Source of the DNA: Botryllus schlosseri
Lineage: Eukaryota
Direction: 5' to 3'
Assembly (NCBI GenBank): GCA_051294905.1
Contig: CM119377.1
Location: forward strand, 15,128,001 to 15,192,000
Length of the DNA: 64,000 nucleotides
Part shown: positions 12,101 to 27,100 of the stretch, in pieces
Position numbering within the stretch: position 1 is the stretch's first letter
Layout of the letters: every line of letters starts with the position of its first letter
Position numbers and translations under genes: made by a program
Notes under the pieces: generated by a model
What the model was told of the DNA's origin: nothing
What the model saw: the letters and a program-made list of their open reading frames with translations, nothing else
The model's database searches: none

Positions 12101-15100
12101 TATTCATTCTAGAAATTGAGCATGTCGCATGCTAGAATTCTTCCAACAATGTCACACGCCTATAATTCCTTCTTTATCCAGAAGCAAAAAGAAGAAAGAC
12201 AGGCCGTTATCAGACGACGAAATGAGAGATAAAGTACCGGACGAGATTTCAACCGAGAAAACGGAAGCGGAGAAGCTCTTGCAGCAAAAGTGAGAAATTT
12301 TTTGGGTGGAATTCGATTCACGAGTTTTGTTTGCGCAAGAATTCGTAAACAGATATTTTTCATGAAATCAATATGTTTTGTGCATGTCACGGCAAAGTTT
12401 ATCTATAATATAGATCTATAGCGACTTCTACTGCATTTTAATTTTTCCCATTGCTAGTGGCGAAAAGTGTCTCTGTACTACGAAACCATTGAGATATATG
12501 TGTATTGCACCATTACTGTTATATATGTGTAGGCCATCATTATCAGTTAGTCAAATGGAATTTTTTTCCAAAATTCCATTCCACGACATCCTGTGTTTGG
12601 GAAGCTAACAGTCAGTTCGAAAAATAAGGCGGACAATATAATAGGTAGAAAAATTACACTGATTACCGTATGTTACTAGCAACCAATAGCAGAAATAGTA
12701 GTGCCGATAGTGTCCAGAATTAATCTCATTTCTGCTCCCATACTATTACACATGCGCTTAGTAAGAGCTCCCAAGGTAAATTTGATGCAATTTTACCGCA
12801 ATCAGACCATTTAAAATTGCCGTTGTACAGATTCAAAGCATTTGATGCGTCTCAAAGAGACCTCGCAAGCATATTGGAATTCTGGGACAGAACATCTCTC
12901 ACAGTAAATCGCCCAGCGACGCCGGATGGTAAGATACTCATTCTTTCTTCGACCTCTCCATCATCTTATCATTGTCACATGATCTCACAGTGATTTCTTT
13001 TGATATGTTGACAACAATATTGGGGCCTAAAACCTGCATTTGACGGAGCTATTATAGTCTTGTTACGACTATGTATAATGTTTATTATAACAGCATATAT
13101 CTTAGTAATTAATTTGGTATTAACGAATAGAATGAAGTAAGTAGAATAACTTGATACAGGGAATGACCATCCGATAGAACATGTGATATAATATATGTAT
13201 GGTGTGAAATATCGAGAGGAAATAATACGTATTTATATAACGTCACAGTGGTGTCAAAGTATCTTATGTCCATTTTACACATTTTGAGAAAATTAACTTT
13301 ACGTGAAGCTTTCGTCTTTTTGCAGTCGTATATTGACCTCGTTTAACTTTGAAACACTGAGACAGACATAGCCATGACTAAGCTATGACCGAAATTATTT
13401 TTAAAATAATGGAACTTCAAAATTTCAAAATTGGACATAAGCTACTTTGATACCACCGCGACGATATATGTATTAAATACAACATATTATTCATTCATCC
13501 AATCATCTGCATTCGACATTACATTTTGAAACGATTCAATAAATTTATATTTAAAAAATTTATATATTGTATACTGAAGTTCTGTACTACCAAGAATCTC
13601 TTCAAAGCTTGATAATTTTTTTGAAATGGAGGCTAGACAAATGTTGAGATATCCTGGCAGAAACGAATCTTTGCGTTTTAGCCACCAATTCATTGGCGCT
13701 GAATGGCGAAGACGACAGCAATGCAGGCGCGTTGAACAGCAAGGCGCCAGCTTCCGGAAGGAAATTAACCCGGAAAGAAAAAGAGAAACTGGAGAGAGAG
13801 AGATTGGAGCGGGAGAGACTGGAAAAGGAGAGACTCGAAAATGAGAGATTGGAAAGAGAGAAGCAGGATAGAGAACGAATGGCTGACGTAAATAGATACT
13901 ACATACTTTTTACTCTTTAATTAGGCTTTTAGAAGAACAGAACTTCAACATTGCAACAAACAATATGTTCATATTGCCAAATTTATTCCACTCAAAGCTT
14001 TTTGACTTACTCTCATCAGGAGCAAACATCTGTAAATGCGGTAATCAAATTCGAAATATATAGAGAATCCTGTTCACAGTAGACGGAATTGCAAATGGCG
14101 GATAACAACGTGCAGTTACAGTATAACAGATACAAATTCGGCTATAAAATATAAGATAATCGAATAGCGACGCAACGAAACGCGCAACACATTACAACAC
14201 GCATCACAACACAACACGCAACACAACATGCAACACAACACAACACAATACTAACGTTTTGAGAGGTTCTGTCTGGCGGCAGAGATTCTGCTTTTGCAAC
14301 TTTTTAATGGTAGATTTGAGAACTTTTTAGTGAAAAAGAGAACGGCCACGAGTTGGTGGTGTTATGTTGTTGTTGTATGTTGCAGTTGCCTGTGGTCGTA
14401 CTCTTTTTCATGATAAGATCCTCGAATCTGCTATTACCATTGCGGCCACTTTTAGGCCAATATGATGAGTTGTAAATTCTCCGTTGTAGGAAGACGGCGA
14501 ATCTCCTGAAGATCAAGAGGAAATCAAGACGTGCGTCCCACACATTGTCGTAGAAACGACCTCTGTTGACATCTCTGCCATCGCGCAATATCTCTTTGCC
14601 GAAGAAAAAATTCCATCTATAGAGGAGGTGAGTCAGTTTTCGTAGTCTGGAATGAAAGGAGACCTACCTCTAGTCTTCATCCGGACATATCTAGTTTTAG
14701 ATAATGTTCTCTCGTAGTATTGGGTATGGGAGTCTAGCTATTCTTCCTAAATGTTGGAATGCATAGGAGATGACACATAACTTCATACAGATTCTCCAGT
14801 ACCAGTGTTAGGGTTACAGAGATAAATATATTTATTCTTTCATATCCAAATCCTGTTCTGAATTTGAGATTCATATCCTAACCCAAATACAAATCCTGAA
14901 TCACATCCAAATCGAAGTCCATATCCGAAAATTACTGAAATTTTATTTGAGCTGGAACTAATCAGGGTTTATCGTTAGCTATTATGCCAACATTCAAAGA
15001 CTTTGTTTAATAATCGCATTATAGCTGACTGTACCCCTCGTGAGTATCAGCATGAATAGCTTTGGTAATTTATATCATTCAAATGTATCATGAGGTTTTG

Positions 15101-18100
15101 TACTCATAAGCGTCACTAAGGATGGAGACCATAACGTTAGCTTTTACGGAAGAATGCTGATCCTCTGATTAAAACTGTTAATCATACTTCGCCGAAGTTA
15201 ATGTTTCACGAGATGACTCGGGATAGTCCTTGTGCGAAAACTTATTCAACTTTCTGCGCCACGATTAACAATTTTAATCAGACGATTAGCATTCTCCCAG
15301 ATAAGTTACCTTAATGATCTACGCGCTAAATAATAAATCTTCATGAGTTTTATAAATCGACAATCTTCATTAAACACCGGTTGTATTTATCACCCAGGTT
15401 CTCGACGGTTTGGGCTTAGGTCCCCAAGGACCCCCTATCCCACCTCCTGCTTCATTCTCGGTGGTGCCTTACCCAGTGAAGAGAAAACCTCCATCCACAG
15501 ATGCTGGTCTGCATTACCAATTCGTGTCCTCATCCCCGGACGACCCCAACGTGGCCCCGGAAGACCGTCCCAAAGAACCTTCCGAATCTGCCCTCGGTGA
15601 GGAGACCACTCCTTTCGAAACTGCGAGTCGCGCCGACTCGAAAAACAACGATCACCCGCCCCAGTCTAGTAAAAAAGGAAGGAAAGACAGAATTGAGTCG
15701 TCCCGGGCCACGACCGCCCGACGGTCGTCTCCGAGACGTAGCAGACGAGGTTCGGGCACATCACCACCACCCCCCACGACCCCAGGGTCGGAGATGGAGC
15801 AAAGCAGCGCGCTCGGAGATTCGACCTCGCCGTTGGGTAATGCCGATTTTAAGAGCGTCAAGCTCAACCATTTCAGGTACTTGATATGCTTTTGGATACA
15901 TTTTGATCGCTATGGAGTAGGAGTAGAGCATGAGAGTAATGAAGGAGCAATGATTTCGCTTTTTGGTTCAGATGGATTGTAGCTGCAGGATCTGAAGTTA
16001 CTATTCGTATTCGTTTCACGTCAGAAGAATTAGGACAGTTTGATCAAACGTTGAATTTCGAGATCACCGGAACGAGGCGTCGATATCAGCTATTTTGTCG
16101 AGGCGTTTGCTCATTTCCGACGGTGAGCTGGAACATGAAATAAAAAAATATCATACTTTGATACAACTGATCGAATTAAGTGAATAATGTCTCTATAATG
16201 CCTGATCCATAAGATAGCGTAATGGTGGAGAGACCGACTTCTTGATCAGTAGGTTGTGGGTTCAATCCCCGGCCAGCTCAGACCAAAGACCTGACCAGTA
16301 AAAGTGATATCTGAGGGCCTGAGGCTACCCTGCTTGGCATTTAGCATTTCCGGGATAACATGGAAGGGTGGTACAAGACTTAGAAAGCGACATGTGCACA
16401 TTATGCATTCATGTTATGCCTCTGCACCGATCATGTGTGTGTGTATCATGAGTCTGTGTATATGCAGCAATATCATCAAAGCCAAAAATATAAAATGTCC
16501 TAATCCTATAATTTTTACAGGGAAACTTTAGTTGTTGAAATAGATGTATCTCCTATAATTATAGGCACAACAACTCTGCCGTATCAGAAAGTGTTCTATA
16601 TCACATTGTAGATTTATAAATCAAACTGAAATTTGGTGTTTATTACCCTTATTAATGGACAACCTTCAACCTCTTACATTTAGTAATTCATATATAGGTG
16701 GCGACCTACTCCGTTAGCGTGAGAGTCATTGTCATATTTTCCATCGTAATATTTGTTCATCATTCTGTCATTCATCTTCGCTACAGATTAGCCGAGAACC
16801 TCGCGTGGTATTTCCTCACCGCAGAAAGACCAGGGTTCGTCCTGACGTGCCTGCTGTGAAGAAGTATGTGATTTCTGACGAAGTTTTTGAATTCGGACCG
16901 CTGCTATGCGGAAAGACGCGTGAAAGGTGGGATATTTCGGGTTTCTGTAATTTTGAGAGTTACGCTGGTGTGTTGGTTGACGATATCATTGGATTGGATT
17001 TTGACTCACTCTTTGTACGACAATGTGTATTGGATTGGATTTTTCCATGATTGAAAATTCGGAAACGGATAATCCATGATTTAGATTTTTAGTAATCGAA
17101 GCATTTTTATCTTTTACAGATCTGGTTTGGCCATTATTGCTGATTACCGCAGTTGTTTAGTCATGGAGCAGCCTAACTGTAATCTGTTCATGGGTCTCGA
17201 ATAGGTTTCCCTACTTGTGATGCTCTAATACCGCTGTTATCTGTTACAATGTCTGTTACAATCGCATTTTTTGTGGTGTATTGAACTGATAAAATTGCTA
17301 ATAAACCAATGATGATGATGTCTTAGCTAAATTACTTATCAGCGTAGAAATTTTGTTAAGAGCAATCTAATTTTCGATGGATTTACATAGTTGATTTGGC
17401 ATTGTATCCCAACGGCCATATTTTTATCATTGAAAACAGTTTCCAAATTGCACACCTTTGTAGTAAGATATGGCGTCCAGTGTAAGTCATTGTCTCTTAT
17501 CATATTGAATGTTATGTTATCGTTGAAATTCAGTAAGATGGGACTACTGATATAGTTTTTACCCACCTGGTTCGATCGCCAGTTTCACCTTTACATCATT
17601 ATTGCTACTTTGTATTTAGTAGCATTAGTTGCGCCTGATTGTCCTAAATTCATTTTGGGACGACATATATCTTTGATGGTAACATTCTATTTCAAATTGG
17701 TATACAAGAATAACATCGATTTCATTTACTTCACCGCCTAATAAATTCAGGTACAAGGAAGGCCGTTATCCAGAAAACATGGAACGCATCACCATTCTCA
17801 ACACCTCACCAATCAACGCCGACGTTGGGTTTTGCTTCCAACGTGATAGTAACGGCGCTACATTTTTGCTAGATCCACCTGTCATGTTCTTGAAACCTGG
17901 CGAAGCCAAAGTAAGTCGTGGGCTTTGTTTTGTTTGAATTCTCCCATTTACCGGTCTTCTGTGGCAGATTTTGTCGCTGTGGGCTTACCCGAAATTGGCC
18001 GGACAATTCGTCGATACGCTGGTGTGCTGCGTTCGTGAAAATCCGGAACCGATCTGCTTCAATATCGCGTGCCACGGTGTGCGTCCTGAGCTTGAGCTGG

Positions 18101-21100
18101 ACCGGAAAACTTTGCACTTTGACAAGGTATCGTCGAACTAGGTTTTTTAGTTATTAACATCACTTTTGTATGTAAGCCCAATGTTTTATCTGCTAACTGA
18201 ACATTTCACCTTAATGATTGAAGCAGCCTGAAAATTAGTATCGTTGTGAGTTTAATCTCGTCATGTCATTTTCTATTTGTGATCGCATTTTAAATAAATT
18301 CCGGAATAAATATGCCATTAGACTACAACGGCTTTACAGCATTGTAGTAAAAATTGCAAACAGAACAACAAATTATCTCATTTTTTCTATAAAATCTCAT
18401 CCATTAAGTAGGCCATGACATTTTTTCGAATTATGCAAAGTCCATGCATCCAGCAACGAAATCCAACGCATGTGGTACAAGCCCCAATCGTTGCAATCTG
18501 TCATCTAAATGTTGTAATTTTGAAATAATTGGTACATGTTCTGTGATAATTTAGCAAACGAGCCTATTTCATTTTATGTAACAGCCCAATAACCATATGT
18601 AATCGGTAACAAATTATTCGGAGTGCTCAAGTAATTTTCCTTACATGTACTGCTGAATAAAGAATGTTTTCAGACTACTTGCACTTCTGCAATAGAAGTA
18701 GAAAGCACTTTTAGGACATGCTTACATCACTGTTATCAGTGAAATTGTCTTGACAACTGGGCGAATTGGCCCTTGCATCACGATAACGGAATATATTTTC
18801 GGAAATTGCACAAATTTGGGGTGTCATTAGGCACCCTACAATTTCAAAAGTGGCCACCCCCGATTAACTGCTCAAAGTATGCGAACCCTTGGTGATACTT
18901 GCACTTCTATATGAGTAGATATGTTCGGTGTTACTCCTACTCCAGTACCAACGCTGGTTACTTTGACCACCTCTGAATAACCAACCATTGCTTCCTCTTA
19001 CCAAGGTGCTACTCCATCGTAAAGAAACGCGGACGCTCTTCCTCCGAAACAGCACCATGCTACCGGTTCAATGGCGAGTCGTCGGTATGGAGAATATGGG
19101 AGATGACTTCTCGTTGAGTCAAGACTACGGGGCTATCGAACCTCGCTGCGAGTTTGGATTGCAAATGCATTTCCGCGCTTCAAAGGCCATGAACATGAAA
19201 AAGACGATACGTCTCGAAGTAAGCAATGTGCTGTTCATATTTTTCTGTAAGTTCTGTCATGCTGAGTGTTAAATCATTGTACAAACTCAAATCATGTGCT
19301 CAATCTACGTTGTTATTGTTTGAGACATATTTTGCTCGTGCCATCTTAAAGTTAACCACCTTGTCTTGTAGCAGGGGTGGCCAACCTTTTCAGCCAAAGG
19401 GCCACATTTGATGGACGAACTATTGCGCGGGCCACTAGCCGCGCGAAGCGCGAAAATTTTTCGAAGTTCATTGGTCAGTTATATTGTCACTTTACTTTAT
19501 CGCGGGGCTGCTGTATAGCGCTGGGCTCAGTTTGCAAGGAATTGACCATTCGGCGCCTGGATATATCGATATCGAAAGCTTCGACCAACATGCGTCAATC
19601 ATTTTGTGCCTAGGTTTCAAATAGTCGACGTTCTTTCTGCGAGCGCAAACGTAAGGCCGCATATGTTGAAAGACGGTTTGTCTCAAATCGCGAATATAGT
19701 TAGACTCAATCTGAAGCATTAGGCGTTCTTTCATTTTCAAAAAGGGGTAACAATATTAAAAGCGAGAAATCGAGTGACAACATGTTGCGCGAAGTGTCTA
19801 GAAAATTTTTACTTTAGATAAATCTATCGCAAATTATTCTGTTTTATTGTAGTGTACGAAGATCTACCAAAATCTGACTCGCTCATGGATCTGCCAATGC
19901 GTCGGAACTGATATTTTAGTCATCACATCTCAAGTATTGCGGCCAGACTAATCAAATTTTTGGTTGGCGTTGCAAGTTCACAATCTTTTCAATCCGTTTT
20001 TGATAATATTATCTAATTTCGGAAATTACCTCGCGGGCCACTTAAAACCTTCTCGCGGGCCACGGGTTGGCCGGCCCTGTCTTGTAGTGTCTCGTCCCTC
20101 ACCGCTAATATTTTTGATATCGATTTGTATATACATGCCGCCAAATAGGTTCTCAGATGCAATTAAATAATGATCAATTAGAATTATACTTATTCGAAAA
20201 ATCCTTTCATTCTAGTTGAAAACTTTCTGGTAAACTACCTGTTCCCGGGCCATCTACAAATGGTGCATTGAGCTCTGCTCGCCTGGTGTATTTGAAATTT
20301 CATGTCTGCGACGCAATAATTCTGTGATACGATTGTCGATGTATAAAGTTCTTTTAAATTCTCTACTAGCTGGTAACGATTACCCCTGACGAGTTTCAGT
20401 GTAAAATATTCGGGTCTATTTCAATACGAATATACTATACAATTGTACACTGAAGTTCTGTGTCTTTAAACTACTTGTGCAATCAATTAATACTCGGGTG
20501 GGATCGTAAGGTTCTTGAGTGTGTCGGGAAAACTGTGACTTGCTCACAATATGCTCTCGGTAATAGAATTTCATGGCTACTAAGAGTTCTTAACGATAAT
20601 CTATGAAATTCAGTGAGTCCGTATGCTTCCTGTTATTTATGGGATCGTGTTCCAGATATGGAGTCCACTTTCGGTCCAATCACAATAGCTGCATTAGATA
20701 GTCTGTTGTAACAGTGTACATAACGAGCACTTGCGGTGTACTGCTGGACACTGCATACGATATTGAATATTCAGGTCACAGACGTCGATAACATCATGGG
20801 CTTGGTGCAGACTGAAAATATCCAGGTCACCGCCGAAGCATATGACGTCGCGCTTGACATGAGCTTTCCAAAAGGCGCAGATGGCGGCCTTGATTTTGGC
20901 ACCGTACGGGTTCTTTCGGACGAGTCCAAGCAAAGTTGCTCTCTAAAAAACAAGGGACGCTATGACATCGGATTTAGGTGAGATGGTTTACTTCCATCAT
21001 TCTGTCTAAATCCGACTGACAATTATTATTAGGGCTACGCAAAATCGAGTATTTGAGTGACGCCATAAGAGTATGGATGATGTGAAAACTTCAAATATGC

Positions 21101-24100
21101 GACCACAAAAGAGTAAAGCCTCTTTCAACTGCATTAAAGATGATCTGTTATTTTTTAACCATACCTATTTGACCTCACTTGTGGCAATGATGTGGATTTG
21201 ATTATGACTTCACAGAAGTGAAATTTCTAGTAACATGGGTAGCATCGAGTTACGTCTTTTGGATGCTGCGATAAGATCTATTGTGTTTCAGGGATTCTTG
21301 TCATGCGAAAAAGGTTTCCAAACTATAACTCGTGTGAATAATAAGTGGTTCTCAAACTGGGGAGCGCGCCCGAACTGGGTGGAAGCACCCGAAGGGAGAC
21401 GTGAAACCACCTGAGAGAATTTATGTTTCTTGAACTTGGAATGAGTATAATTTCTGCTGAAACTTCGAAGTTTCAACAATGGCAGTGATCCCAATTATAG
21501 TTTGATTTAAAGTGTCATAATTGCGTCGTACCATCCACACACTGATGCTAGACCTTGATTGATACCGAACCTTGCACTAATGAGAAGATATGCCTGAATG
21601 AAGTGTAACTGGTGAATGCGTGTAGCTGTGCCATTGGTTTTTGATTTGGTTTATGTTCAGGTACGTTTGAGCTAAGCTCAAGTGGGGTAATAGAAGGGAT
21701 TAGGCACCAAAATTGCTAAAATATCTATGTGATACGTGCTACCATTGCACAATGCACATGATTATGATCATGTTTAACAAAATATTATACCGGAGAGTTA
21801 CCTCCAGCTCATAATTATTGCTCTGTGCGAATTCTGTGTTTGAAAAGTGTTTCAACAGCCATAACTCCTTCCATGCCACCAAACAATGCGTTGGGATTGC
21901 AATGTTTAATATTTTTTGACACGACGATAAGGGGAGCGCGAAATTTTTCACTCTCATCAAGGGGGGTGGTTCGAAAAAAGTTTGCTCTAAGTGAAAGGAG
22001 GTGTATAATTTCAGTACTCGAAAAATTAGGTACTCACTACTCGACTCGAATCATTGCAGTTTCTACTCAATTCGGATTCGATAACAGCCTTACTTATGAA
22101 TAGTGTGTTGCATGCATTACTGGCTTTGCAATATTGTGTGCTCTGCGTTTTTCTGATGTCGACCCGTGTAACAATGTTTATCGATTTCTCACAGTTTTAA
22201 TTTGGAAGCGTCTCCGGCCAATTGCCCTCCGATAGAGGAATTATTCAGCATCTTGCCGCAAAAGGGCACCTTGATTCCAAACGATCGTCCCACTCAGGTA
22301 ATATGCTGCAGGTAGCCTTTTATAAACTAGTGGTCATTTTCTTTCAATTTGCAGGCATATTTTACGCCTATTTTCTAGTTTGTATATACAACCATTTCAT
22401 TGGTACCACTGTTTGTAAAATTCTCAAAAGACCAGTCAATACTAGTAAATAGGCTATCGTTACTCCATCAACTTAATGATAATCAAGTTTCAGTTAAGTA
22501 GTGAACTTGTGTTTCAGTGATATATTGGATGAAAACTGACCAATATATTCACCCACTCATATTTAATACAAGCCACAGCTGGTCAGAGGTTGTCTGTAAC
22601 AAAGTAGTTGTACTTGCTTTCCTGACTCAAGTGGCTATGTTTATATGCTACTTCCACTCCTACTTAGAACATTTTTAGGCAAAATTACGTACTTAATACA
22701 ATTTGAACAGCTTCTTGGAGGTACAGAACTTCAATATACAATTGAATAGCTCATTCAGATTGAAATGAACCCGAATATTTTCGGCTGACACTCGACAGGG
22801 GTAATCGTCAGCAACTAGTAAAGAATTCAAAAGAACATCGTATATCAACAATCGTAGTACAAAATATGACATCACCTGCATGAAATGTCGAATACGAGAG
22901 AGTTCTTATTCGACATTTCATGCTGGTGATGTCATATTTTGTGCAATGATTGTTGATAAACGATGTTCTTTTGAATTCTCTACTAGTTGCTGACGATTAC
23001 CCCTGACGAGTGTCAGCCGAAAATATTCGGGTTCATTTCAATATGAATATACTATTCAATTATTACAATTTAGATTTTGAAAAGTTGAAAATAGTTTTGA
23101 TGTAAGTTTTCGACACTTTTATCAGTGAATTTATCATCAGATCCATGTGAAATGCCCCGATATCACAGTAACTGGATATATATTTTTGAAGATTTTTCTA
23201 TTTGTAGAGTCATTGTAGTGATACATCTTGCAATCTTGAAAGTAGCCACATCAGATTAACCTCTAAAAGTATCCAACCCCTCGACCAAATTTGCTTTTGA
23301 AATTAGTCGAGTACTTTTCAGCCCATTCATTTTCTACTTCTGCTTCCTGTAGTTTTGACATATCTTGAAAATCTCCACTTCTAGTTGTAATTGGGTAGAA
23401 ATTTACAGCATTACTTCCATTTGAGCAGCAATGCTGGCTGCTTTCACCAATTTTGCTGGTGGCATGAGATGAAATTTCAGTATGTAATACAATACGGTTC
23501 CTGTTAGTATGTTGTATCCGTTAATACCCCTCCCCTTGTCAGGTGCAAGTGATATTCCGTTCCAAGTTGGAAGTCAAGATTCAAGATCTGCCGTTGCTGA
23601 GATGCCAAGTGATTGAACCCAACATCTCAGACGGCGGGGAGATTATCGCGTCGATACCGATCAAATTGACAGCGCGCAGCGTGTTCAGCAAGTACAACAT
23701 CCTGCCGTCGAGAGACATTAATTTCGGACCGATGGTGCAAAACTCGAAGAAGGGGCGGCAATTTACGATCGAGAACAAGGGAGAATTTGAATTCAAGGTT
23801 TGGAATTTTGCTGTTTACTGTAGCACGCAGCAATTCCATACAGATATTAAATTGATTTCGCCAATGTTTTCAAGCCACTCTTGGCTGAAGCTATCGCTGA
23901 AATAAAATTCTACGTATCAATCGTGTAATATCCATGGAAACTGATAATGTGTAGTTAAAGCAATATTTAGAACCTGTGTCGAATTTGCGCATTTGATTGA
24001 CGATGGCAGCACAATGTTTAATTGTTAAACTGCTCAGAACATGCTAGTTGATCTTTTGCCACAAATGGTTTTTGGTTCAGCTATGATAGACTGACATTGC

Positions 24101-27100
24101 AACTAAAATTCCGGGAGTAAAAGTGCTTTCTGGTGATACTACAACCACTCAATTCGAGGTAGAAAACAAACATTATCGACAAAGTACATTTAAAATTAGG
24201 CTAGTTTAAATGTAATTTTACTTGAACCTTAAAATGAAGGATTGCTGCTATAAAATCATACCATCGGCTAGACTTGTAATGTAGCTACTGCGGATTCACT
24301 ATCGAAAAACTGTGTTGCCTATGAAAAAATGCCAATTCGGAATGGTGTGCATCCCGCGAAATGTGTTTCTCATTTGTTTTGTTGTAGCCTGGTACGTTTG
24401 AGTTAATCTCAAGTGGGCTAACAGAAAGAATGAAAACAATAAAATCTCTAAAATATTCATATGCTGACTTTGCACATGCATATTTCTGACAAAAGTTTTT
24501 CAATTATATGAATATTTTTTGTCGCACTTCAAGCAAATTACTGTCTGGTACCAAATAATGTTAATTGTTTTCTTTTGTTCTATATTGAATTTTATGGAAA
24601 GGTTACCATTACCTTTACCAATTCAAATGACGGGTCTTGTAGATACTAGTGAATAAATGCGTGGCTCGTGTTTTCAGTGTAATATTGTTATCAATCAGGT
24701 TGCATAGACCTGCTGTATGGGTATTGTTAAAATCGATCGCTTTTCCTGTAAGATTTGCAATGCTTTGTTCTTTTTCAGTACACGTTAACGAAAATGGTCC
24801 GCGAAGCCCCGATCCAACGTCCCAGACCGATGGTGCTTGGGGGCAGACGCGTCCGATCACGCGACGGATCAAGTTCAAGCCGGTCCGCTGGTATGTTTAG
24901 GCTTATTCACGCTTTCAATGATAAAATATTATGTAAAACACACAATAAACATTATACTACAATAATTAGTTCTTCCATATTCGGTCAATGTGATGTCTTT
25001 TTCTCTGACAGTGTCTTTAATTGCTGCATTGACATTAAAGGGAAGACAGTAAACTCGAGATCAAGATTTCTCTTGGATTGTTTTTTTGTTATGGCAAAGT
25101 AGACGAAGAGATGATAAATTTTTTTCCAATTTTTCATGCCTTTCTCTCTAAAAGCCTCTTGGACCCCAGTTTTGGAACCCCTGTTTTAAAATTACTCTTT
25201 TCTTGTTCTTATGGAGGAATGAATATAGGGTTCCATATTGTGCCAAATGGGTAACGGAGTAAAAAATGTTGGCAACCACTGAATTAGAAAAACCGAGTTA
25301 TCATTGTTGATTAATGAAATTTAGCTACGTCTGCGAAAAATCTCTTCTGACTACCACCGTTTTCCATTCAGCCCGAGGCGGTCGCACCGGGTCAGTTCGG
25401 CAAGACGTCGGAATGAACCAGTCGCGTCTCGCGGTGGGATGCTTCACTGTGTATCCGGGATTCGGCACCATCACGGCTGGATCAACGCAAAACATCACCG
25501 TGGATTGCATTGCCGAGAATCTCGCCAAGTCTGAGGAGGTAAGTCGAATGATAGTTAGCATTTTAGTATGACAAATAACTTCATCATTATGAACTTTGAA
25601 ATGTGATGATCAATCAGTTACTAATCAAGCATTGTCTGTCAGTGGTTTTCAACTAATTTTGATTGTAATCAATGTTTTCTAAAAACTGATGTCATATTTT
25701 TGTTACAGTTCCTGGCGATTGACGTTAGCGACCGCGACCCAGATGATCATCCGTCCGGTATACCATACCGCTTGCTATCGGAAGGTTGCCTTCCCAGCAT
25801 CAATACCAAGGATTTGACTTCGATTTTTGAGGAACACCGTATCTGCAGCACGTTGCATTCATACATCAATAACAGAGACGTGAGTTTTGTTACGTTAGAT
25901 AGCGGAATGCTCACAAAAAGTCAGCTCCAAATTTTGTATTCTACCATACTATTATGAAGCCAATAACAATCTACCTATTTAACCTATCCTCCTTTCTTAT
26001 GATTTTAACCGCGCTTTTACTATTGCCTTCTTCCTAAACTATTTTACACAATGCCCCTCTACTCTCAGAAGCTAATTTGGCGCTTATGTTGGAGTCACAA
26101 GTCTGTTCAAATTGTATAACACACACAATCAAGGGATAAAATCATGCGAGGCAATTTCCCTTCCAAAGTGCAGTAAAGACTTCAAATTTCATCATCCACG
26201 TTGTGCAGGCATTCAATACTATCCGTCAATAGACATCGCTGATTAATAGATTACCTGGTTACAAAACTCATTGTTGGATAGCAATTAACATAATTACACA
26301 GATAATTTTGGTGACGATATCTGATTGAATATGCCTATTGCGTCACGACAATGTGACCAACTATTGGCATATCTGTTCTTAGTGCACAAATTAAGCTACT
26401 AATTTAAGGATTTTTCAGACAAATGTCTAAGGTGCATATTCTGCATAGTGCCACCTTTTCCACTAAACACCCAGTCTGTAGAAAGCGCCCTTTTCCTGGT
26501 TGCTAACCACCCCAGGCGCCGCTCCGCACTGCACTGGATCTAAAAGTATAAATAGGTGTTCACTGAGGCTCATAGCTGTCAAATATATAATTTTTACGAC
26601 CGATACATCTCTCACTGGGTTCAACCCATAGCTTTCATTACTGTAATATTGCCGAAAGAAATGCCTTTAAATTTTTTATCTCTAAACTACCACATTCTTT
26701 AACAGCTGTTGGATGGATGCGGAGTTTTTGCTGAAGAAGAGAACAAATTCCTGTTCAGCAATGTCATCGTCGGTCGGAAAACGTATGCCAGATTCAAGAT
26801 TTCAAACACAAACAAGGTACGACGCAGGGCAGTTCATTCAATCACCGTTAGGCCATGACATATCAAAATTTTCACATGAAAAATTTTCTTATCATTCCAT
26901 TTTTCAGGTGCCCGTTGATGTTGTGCTTTCCGTGAAACCGATAACAAATAAAGTGGCTGCGAGAATCCACGATATCTACGATATTGAGCCGAGCAAGGCT
27001 CAAATTCAACCTCATCACTTCGTGTATGCCACCGTGTCTTTCTCACCACCCGCAATGAACTCTTACGGATGCATATTTGAGGTAATGACTCTGATTTTCT

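Noticed and set aside
19492-19740. Shared ORF-like text (MIDACW..KL.ISI) in the two family-1 MITEs (also 5568-5753)
   Set aside because: It simply reflects the repeat; I could not recover a convincing hAT transposase motif in any frame.
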